DNA of 35,174 nt, from positions 1 through 35,174 of the forward strand of contig MU271343.1 in assembly GCA_021432655.1 (NCBI GenBank), given 5' to 3'. Under the pieces are notes generated by a model. The model worked only from the letters and a program-made list of their open reading frames with translations, was not told where the DNA came from and ran no database searches. The translations under genes were made by a program, and so were the position numbers. This DNA comes from Atractiella rhizophila. Its lineage: Eukaryota. Shown piece by piece: positions 24,026 through 35,174 of this stretch (positions within the stretch are counted from its first letter, which is position 1; each line of letters starts with the position of its first letter).

Positions 24026-25325
24026 TAAACATAATAGAGAGGACGCACCATGTTGTTGGATTTCGAGGTGTTATGGACTACGGCGGGATCTCTGAGGCAG
24101 ATACATTTCAGCGTCAAAACCTCAGCTCAAGGTCAAAATAGGCGTACTCGATCTTAAAACGATGACTTGAAGTAGGATGGCCTTTAGAAGTAGGTTCGAG
24201 GTCGATAATGAATGTCCCTTCAATGTGGAAAGTTGTTTACCGGATCTCGTGTGGTCGATCTGTTTGTCCTGGTTTGCGTGCGATTGCTACGTTAACCGTC
24301 ATCAACTTAATCTTCCCTTGACCAAGCTGCAACAAGATTCTAAGGTGCAAGGCGTGAGGTGTGGGTAGCCTTAGGCCTGGAACAAGAAGTTAATGGAACG
24401 GGGAGATTAGACAGAGCAGGCTGAGCTGAGTGGCGATTTTTCTGGATGCGCGTTGTCCGTCGCTTCTTCCAAAAAATGGATATCATTTGGCAGCTTTTAC
24501 TCCGCCTATACAGGTGAATTTACGGAACTGCCTGATTGTGGCGGAAGTGTTATCAACGCATTCAGCCGCGTGCTCCAAGTGTTCAAGCCCTCAGTGATTA
24601 TCCAGGCAGTTAATGAGCCTTTTATCTGATCTAAAACCAGACAAAGAAATATATGTCGATAGATGCATCACACGGCCTACCAATCAAGTTAATGGAGTGT
24701 GCACCTGTGGTTCTTATTTGTGATATCGTGTTCTCCTTTCTCATGAATTTTTCGAACAACTTGGGTTGGCAGTAATTCAGTCCAGCGCTGAGAGCTGGTC
24801 AACTCACGTTATTTCAATCACCCTATTAGTGAATTCTAGACCAATTGACTGGGTGGAACGACTGGGGATGACATACTGTGCTGCCAGAATGAAAGGGCAA
24901 ATTATGATTTCTTCCAAGGCAGGTTCGTGACAGCTCAACTGGACAGCTTCAACACCAAAAGCTAAGCGGCTGGAGCGCATGCAATTTGATGCGAAATTTG
25001 CATTCTGTGAAGAGATAATCAATAATTATATTTTTATGATAAAACATTGTGCTAAAACAGATATGCCGGTGACGTGGTCTGAAACAGACAATAAATCACG
25101 CCGACGATGTTAATGCTATGATAACGAACAGAATGATACATCACAATCTAATGCTGAAGCTGATCTGAACTTTTGTTGATAACTTGAATGAGGCATTGAT
25201 CTTGGAAATTAAACCCAAACGTTTAACAAACAGACTGGCAGAATTCATGTAACGCAAGGTCTAGGAATGGTTATAAACTCAGGCGGATGCTACTACAGCA
25301 TGATCGTTCCAGCTTCAACGAAGGT

Positions 25326-26923
25326 TCAACTCTGGAACGAAAAGGTCCTGAAATCGAATGCCAACTTCCTCTTTTTGAAAAGCCTAATTAATTTTGCTCG
25401 GCTTGCATTCCACCCACGCCCTGTGGTTGTCTTCATTGCCAAATACGAGGATCGATCCAAGGATAAGGCCTGGAGGTGCATTCCAGCATTTACCCGTCCG
25501 AATCCCAAGGGCTGAGAAGCAAGCGAGCTTGCGAGAGACACGATCCAGAGGTTGGCGTTCATACCTTTCCCCCCGCATTCCACGATAGCCAAGTTCACGA
25601 TGGACGGCGTGAAAGGCCCAAAGTCTTTCCCCGCCTCCCAATCGGGGAGATGGAAGGCTCTCAGCTCCAGCTCTTGCAGTTTTGGGCAGTTCCTCAGTTC
25701 TTCATAAAGCGACGAATGTACTAGTTCGGACGTTTCGCCCGCACCGCAGATCTTGACTTTCTCGATTGTAGGCGCTATTGCTTGCAGGAGCGGAGAGAGC
25801 ACGGCCGCTTCGCCCTGATCCACTTCTTTCGTGTTGATGGTGAGCGATATGAGAGGAGGGAGAGTGAGAGGGATGTCTGTGTTCCTCGCTACTCGTATCA
25901 AACTGGCGAGGAGGGGGACGATGCATCCAGTGGATGTTGGTGGGAGGTGGAGGTGTCGCAGCGATGATGGGAGGAAGTGCTTCAGCCCGTGATCAGCTTG
26001 GAACTTCTTGCTCTTGTCGCGATACAGGATCGTAGGGTAGGCGTCTGCCCTCATTGTTGGTTGAGGGAGTGACCGCTCTGAGAACCAGACATGCTCTCGC
26101 CGACCGACGAGGGTGTTTCGGGTCGTGAGGGACACAAGGGAAGGAAATGCGTCTAGAAGATCAAGTACGAGTCCGGCCCCCAGGTCATACATATCCAAAT
26201 GTTTTAAGACCTTCAGGTTCCTCAAGGCTTTCATCTCTGAATCCGAAAAGGAGAAGTTGTGGAGGTATCCAAGGCTGAGGGAGATGAGGGAGGAGGATGA
26301 GAGCGAGAGGCATTTGACGAGCATGATTTGGAGCGTGAAACTGGCGTGGTGAGAGATGAGGGAGGAGGATGAGAGCGAGAGGCATTTGACGAGCATGATT
26401 TGGAGCGTGAAACTGGCGTGGTGAGGGCAAGGACAGCGCCGAGAGCGGAAGGATGAACCTGGGGTGAATGAGAGGTGGAGGAGGGGGGAGAGGGGAAGAT
26501 AGGAGCGGAGTCGAGAGAGGAGGAAAATTTGGCTGGTGGTGGAGACCGGTGGTGGTCGGGACAACAGACGTTGTCCTATCTTCGACGCAGATACCAGGGT
26601 CAGCGAATATGTGGGACAATAAGGAGAAAAAGGAAGCGAACAATGGGATAGAGCCGCTTGCTGAGAAGCAGGAGGGAACTAGCCTCCTTCCAACTTGATA
26701 CATGCCCAAAAATCTCAGCGATAAGTTCGGTAGGCAGTTCCTCTAGAGCCGAAAGGGGCCGCCCTGATCGATGATGTTTTAGAATTGCAGTACGGTGGAC
26801 AGTCGAAGGAACGCTGCAAAGACTTGGACTGGTCAGGTTAGGCACGAGAAAACTCTTGACTCTGTTCATGAAGTCGGAGTGTGAATTTCGAGGCATCTCT
26901 TCCTCATTCTTCTCCATTTCCAT
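25326..26923 (-). CDS. F-box protein with leucine-rich (RNI-like) C-terminal region
   Basis: LEELPTELIAEIFGHV..LLLLSKRLYPI is an F-box motif. An intron gttcgc..ctgac..cgaag joins it to a 412-codon exon with LxxL repeats (LKVLKHLDM, FPSLVSLT, LRHLHL, CPKLQELEL). Confidence 0.8.
26281..26424. repeat. Perfect 72-bp tandem duplication inside the F-box CDS
   Basis: 26281-26352 equals 26353-26424; encodes HHASFTLQIMLVKCLSLSSSSLIS twice. Confidence 0.97.
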
Positions 26924-27443
26924 GTTGGCAAAAGCTGGAGGAAAAGGTGTGATTAATAAGAGTTTCTCTACCTCTCGACGTATACTTCCAATGAAAGGAT
27001 CAATGTAAGCTCTCCTTCAATGCATGAAAGCACCAACCTCGACTTTCCGCCCAGTTTCCTCCAGCCATGGACCTCCTCAACCCAGCCTGCGACAACTCCC
27101 ATTCGTTGTAGCATCTCCTTTTCTTTTGTTGCGCCGTTGAGGCAGATTATGGATGTTTGAGAGATGAGCCAGTCGTGAAGGAATGTGGAGAGGGTGGAAT
27201 ACCCGCGTTCGTAGACGTCCATGACGACTGCGCGTGGAAAAGAGCAAAACTTGCAGAAGATAAGAAGAGGAAGCAAAGAAGAGACCGGTATAAATAAGAA
27301 AGCTGGTGCAACGCGTCTAAGAACTTAAAAGGTTACACGCTTTGGAACCACGTGATGTAGTCCGCCCCGACTACAGCAAGACCACCAAAAATCTGCAGCC
27401 CTGCGTCAAGGCTTCCACAGCTTATACAAGGCACGAACGAGCC

Positions 27444-30587
<3,144 letters not shown>

Positions 30588-30810
30588 TTCATGAATGCCG
30601 GGAAAGCTGGAGAACTACGGTTCCCTCTTGTTTAGATGTTCCTCGCTGTCTCACAATGCAATGCTTCCCTTGCTCCTAAGAGTTTGCTCATCCGAGCGTG
30701 TAAGATGATGAGATCATGAATTCACTTCAGAGCAATAGGACAAATATTTGTTTGGTATCTTTGAGTCTGTTACAATGGGTTACGACGTACAACATTTCAG
30801 TTTCTGAGTT

Positions 30811-33800
30811 TTACATCCACCACATTCCCGGGACCCCGCCAGCTCTGTCTAAGCGAGCTTGTATTCGCTTAGGGTCGAAGTCAGCGGAGACAACGGTGCT
30901 GCCATCAGGGTTGTAGACAAAAGCGCGTGCTTTCTCACAGACAACGTCGGCGTAATAAGCGACAGGAACGAGGGAGACAGCTTTTGTCGCACGTGCATAA
31001 CTGTAGCAAAGGTCGCTAAGTTGGGTGGTCAGTGAATAGGAAGAGTTTCAGAAGGTAAGACACAGACTGTGTTAACTTTTCTACTTGGTCTGCCGTGAAG
31101 CCCACTTCATCCAGAAGGCAGATGTAGTGAGTTGGTCTCGCTGTTCCCTGCAGTCCTGCGTGCGCTGTCACGAAGAATAAGTAACTGTTTAATCTCGATT
31201 GCTCAACATACCCTGCAAATAAAAGTCCCATATGAAGGGATGTGTGCTATGCAGAATGTTAGGCCATTATTGCTTGCACAAGTAACATCCTACTGACACT
31301 TTGTCATCAACAACTAGTCCCGCAGATAGATTGCCCGTTCTGTCCAGATCTTTATCATGTTCAGCGAAGAACCGAACGTGATGCCTAAAACTGATGACGG
31401 ACGCTACGGACACAATACTAGCAGGATGCCCACCTTTTGCCACAGACGATGTAGACCAGCTTAACCTCAGGTAAAGCCTCTGTGAAGCGATAAGCAGAAT
31501 CCTACTTGGCGACTTCGATTATTCACCTTTAATTTGTCGGACTTCCCACTCCACCACTTGGGAATATTGCCCTGTTTCATAGTGAGCAGAGTAACACTTA
31601 AGGAAAGAACAAACCTTCGGAAACACCGTCCCGGTAAAATATCATTTTCTGCGGTGGGCCTCCTGCATTTTTAGCCCAACGGTTTGATAGTCTTGTGATC
31701 ATGTCTACGCGGCGACATCTAGTGCAATCATTTGTCAGAAGCATTACAAACCTTTGAGATCTTCAATTAGTTCTTGTCGTCCCTTCTGTTCTCGTATTTC
31801 AGTCGAAAATTGGGTGTGTGTCGTGTTATTGTCTGAAACAACCGCAGCTATGGAAGGAGGGACCTCATCCCCTCGAGAAACAGCAGGAGGATGAGTAACG
31901 TCTGCCTGTATACTTCGTCAGAACTGCTCAAGCTGAGTGAACAAACTCATTACGCCAACCAGCATAGTCTTATTGTCCAGATGAGGGAGCGGTGGTAAAG
32001 TCCAATTACAACCTCCAAGCTTTACATTGACTTTCAGAGCAACTAAACCCCACATTAGTTCTATTCATACTATGATCATAGAGAAAGCATACCATTGGCG
32101 CAGTATTGGTCCATGCGTCTGGCATCTTCTTGACGAGCATGCTTGGCTACAGAAGACCCTCTCATCCTGTTTGCGCGCTTTAAGCCTGTAGAAGGACATA
32201 CCCAGTAGAACCTGGGTGACGACGGGCACAGGGAGGTTGAAAAAGGCGTCTCGCTTAATGATATCCTTCTTGGCAGGTTCGTTAAGCACAATAAAAAGGA
32301 TTTGTGGAGGCTGGTTGTTCTATGCAGCAAGTTTGTGTAACCCCGATGGATAGAAGAACATTGAGATACCTGGTTGGTCGGAGAGTCAATGACCTTTTTA
32401 CACGCCTGTTTCAGAGAATCCAGAATGGAATTGCTGTCTCCGGCGTGTAAGCCCATTGGCGCTTCTCGCCTCACATCAAGACCTGCGGTACCAGGGTTAC
32501 AGGTTCTCAACAGGCAGATAATGCTCACCGGAAACCTTGCACATCGCAATGAGACGTTTGAAAAAGGTTTGGATTTGTTGGTCGTTCACATTTTTTGCTA
32601 AGTTGAGAATTGCCCATCGCTCAAGAGGCTGTCCAGAAAGCGAAACACGAGCATCGATTAGATTCCAGCTCCTGTCGCGACAAACGAGCAATCAATCCAC
32701 AATCCAGTCAGTACGAATCGCCTTACCCATTGTTGATCCTGGGATTCTTTGCCTTGCTTGAAGGGTGGTAGCTGACTGTTGGTGGTGGAAGGATGCGGCC
32801 TTGAAGCTTAAGCATATTCGGTGCGATGCGTACATTCCAAGACTGCAACCTAAGGTTCTGTTCGAATTCAGACGTGTTCCGGATATGCTCAATTTGCTGC
32901 CTTCGCTCCGGTGGACGTTTTGCAGCAATTTTGATCATAGCTGCTGGATCGTCCTTTCCCATTGCGGTGATGGCGATGGGCTGTCCGGAGAGCAGCTGCA
33001 AGGACAATTGCTTGGTAAGGACCACAGTATGGAAAAAAGGCTTACTTCCAAACATTCGATTGGTATCAAGTCTCTTTTCCCAATACGAGCACATGGAAGT
33101 TGCCGGTATCGGAGTTGAGTATTGTACTGCTCCCACGGAATATAAAAACGAAGGCGGGATAATTCATGACGTACTTTATTCCTAAAAAATACCTCCACGC
33201 TGACTCCTTCTACCGTTTGCTTGCTTGCCATAGCGATCTTCTGGCCAGCAGCGGCTGCGGCTGCGGCTTGCGTTGGCGTCGGCCCAGCGGTCTTCTTCGT
33301 GCTTGTGAGCTTCTCCTCGGAGGGGAGCTTCCCAAATCCAGTGATTCGAAACGTATCAGACGTTACACTTAACACGATCGTCGGCTCCATCTGAAAGGGA
33401 CTAAAGGGAAGTGGAGCTGATAACGTACCGATGGGTTACCCGCACCTTTGCATTATGAAGGCGTCGACGAAGCTCTTCAATATCTGACGGTCGAAGACGA
33501 GAAGAGGGATCAATGGTCCGTTCGAGGATCTTCCCGATGCAATCGGTCAATCGACCAGAGGTGAGAAACGGTGAATAAGCTGAGTCGAGGTTTAGAATCA
33601 TGCCTGCACGGGAAGGACGCATCGATCTGAAGGTTGCATATATGGAACCCACAGACAACTTTCGGAGGAGTGAAATGACTTACTGAAACAGCCCGCGAAG
33701 GACTACTCCGCATCGAGACAGCCGCATCTGGGGGTCTTGTTCTGCCTGCCTCGTTGCAGTGAAAAACTTCTCGCCTCTAGAAGCACCGACTATTCATATC

Positions 33801-34867
33801 CAATAATACGATAGAGAAAACGAACCGCGCTCCCACAACTGTGTTCGGTTTCAATGCCCTTTCATGCTTCATCAGAACATCTAGGGCTTGAATGCTTTTA
33901 GCCACCTCTTCTCTCAGCCCTCTCGCATTGGGATGTTGCTGAATGAACCAATTGAGGCTTTGTAAGTCGACCTGTCCTGCGAATGCGACCTTAACCACAA
34001 ATTCATTTGGACCTACTTTGTTCTCAACCACTAGCCTACCACAAGTGGACTTTGAACGAACCTTTTTGTCCGTCGTCATCCTCTCCGGGCTGCCTGGGAA
34101 TCTCGACTATCCATTGTCTCTTCTTCTGCTCTCCCTCCACATCCATCTTCTTCAACGTCCACGCATTTGACCTCCCATCAAAGACCCAGGCAGGACCGAA
34201 GAAATCACCGTGTTGGTCTTCGAGGAGTGACCAGACTTCCCTTGCTCGCTCGCGAGGTACGTTTGTTGAAGTCGGATCGGGGCGGGTGGACTTTGTTGCG
34301 TGTCGGTGGATGACGATATCGTAATGATAGACAATGGTAGTGGCGAAAGTTGTGAGGAAGACGTTCGCAAGAATATCGACCGGTCTTCCAGCCGTTCCAT
34401 TGCCTGCAGGTCGAGGGGTAATTCCATCTAGAAGAACGAGTCAAGTCAGTTCACAATTGCATTTTCGAGTGTATTGAAAGAAACAGGTACAAACCCATTA
34501 AAGCTAATCCCTTAAATCCCATCTGTTCATTCGTTAGCGACTTATCCTCCAAGTTCATTGCCACCAGTTTTTCGTGAAGGACGTCCGAGGTGGTGACTGT
34601 GACATGTTGAGGCTGGCTTTGAGTGGGACGCAATGATTGAGGCGGCGCATAGCCTCGTCCCCTGCCTCTTCCTCCTCCCCCTACCCCTCCCCCTCCTCCT
34701 GATCCTNNNNNNNNNNNNNNNNNNNNNNNNNNNNNNNNNNNNNNNNNNNNNNNNNNNNNNNNNNNNNNNNNNNNNNNNNNNNNNNNCCCTCCACCTCCAC
34801 CTCCCCCTCCACCTCTCCCTCCCCCTCCTCCGCCACCACCGCGTCCGCCTCGCCCACGCTGTGACAT
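30811..34867 (-). CDS. AGO: Argonaute protein (N, PAZ, MID, PIWI), many exons
   Basis: RGG-rich N-terminus, G-TTGRPVDILANVF, GLFQSMRPSRAGMILNLD, PAZ YNTQLRYRQLPC..IPIECLE, GRILPPP, YCANVALKVNVKLGG, MLVGADVTHP, GRQELIEDL, IFYRDGVSEGQ, KRHHVRFF, DFYLQAHAGLQGTARPTHY, LCYSYARATKAVSLVPVAYYADVVC, ending MWWM* at 30811. Confidence 0.97.
34707..34786. other. Assembly gap (80 N) in a low-complexity C-rich (Gly-coding) tract
   Basis: Run of N flanked by cct/cca/ccc repeats within Argonaute exon 1. Confidence 0.99.
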
Positions 34868-35174
34868 ATTCACTAACTGTTAACTGTAAGAGGAGGCATG
34901 GTTAGACATTCAGCATTAATGGGAAACGGGAACAAAAGGATAAGGTTGCGTGAAGATGTTTAAATTGAGATATTCTTTCTAGTTGAGCAATAGTGATGCT
35001 ATCCTATGCTATGAATGTAATAAAATATGCCGAAATCAGCCAACTTGTAAGGATCCAATGTGAGCCCAGTATTCATCCCTTGATGATGCAGTATTTAGGA
35101 ATGGTATTCCACCGAAGAGAAAATGATCGAGTTATCTGACGTTATAAAGTCGTTCCGAATCACCATTCCATTCT

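Noticed and set aside
24100..25300. Intergenic stretch with an AT-rich patch near 25020
   Set aside because: No terminal repeats, coherent ORF or RNA structure that I could support.
26185..26709. 174-aa alternative minus-strand frame containing the duplicated unit
   Set aside because: It overlaps the F-box gene and runs through its intron; the LxxL-rich 412-codon frame is better supported.

Overview
Intron-rich eukaryotic DNA with ~50-60 nt introns and CTRAC-type branch points. It is most consistent with a basidiomycete fungus (inferred from gene content and splice style; species not determinable here). The ORF track fragments nearly every gene, so models were rebuilt by hand from splice signals. 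Left to right: a ~1 kb near-identical direct repeat (4-1013 / 2351-3361) flanking a hypothetical minus-strand gene; an LtrA-like membrane protein gene; a GT32 mannosyltransferase; a small SnoaL/NTF2-like gene; a perilipin-like gene; a type-B carboxylesterase; an OPT transporter; an F-box protein; the spliceosomal helicase PRP43; and, convergent with it, a full-length Argonaute. The LtrA-like gene occurs in three states: orphan 5' exons, an intact copy and an inverted decayed relic. The OPT gene lacks its usual C-terminus and overlaps a convergent spliced orphan ORF. The F-box gene has a perfect in-frame 72-bp duplication. The Argonaute has a DEDD tetrad, an Ala-rich PAZ insertion, an altered MID motif and an RGG N-terminus spanning an 80-N gap. 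No tRNA, rRNA, CRISPR array or recognisable transposase was found. I found no clearly new multi-gene system. The strongest unexplained signals are the LtrA rearrangement history, the OPT/orphan collision, the Argonaute variations and several GC-AG introns.
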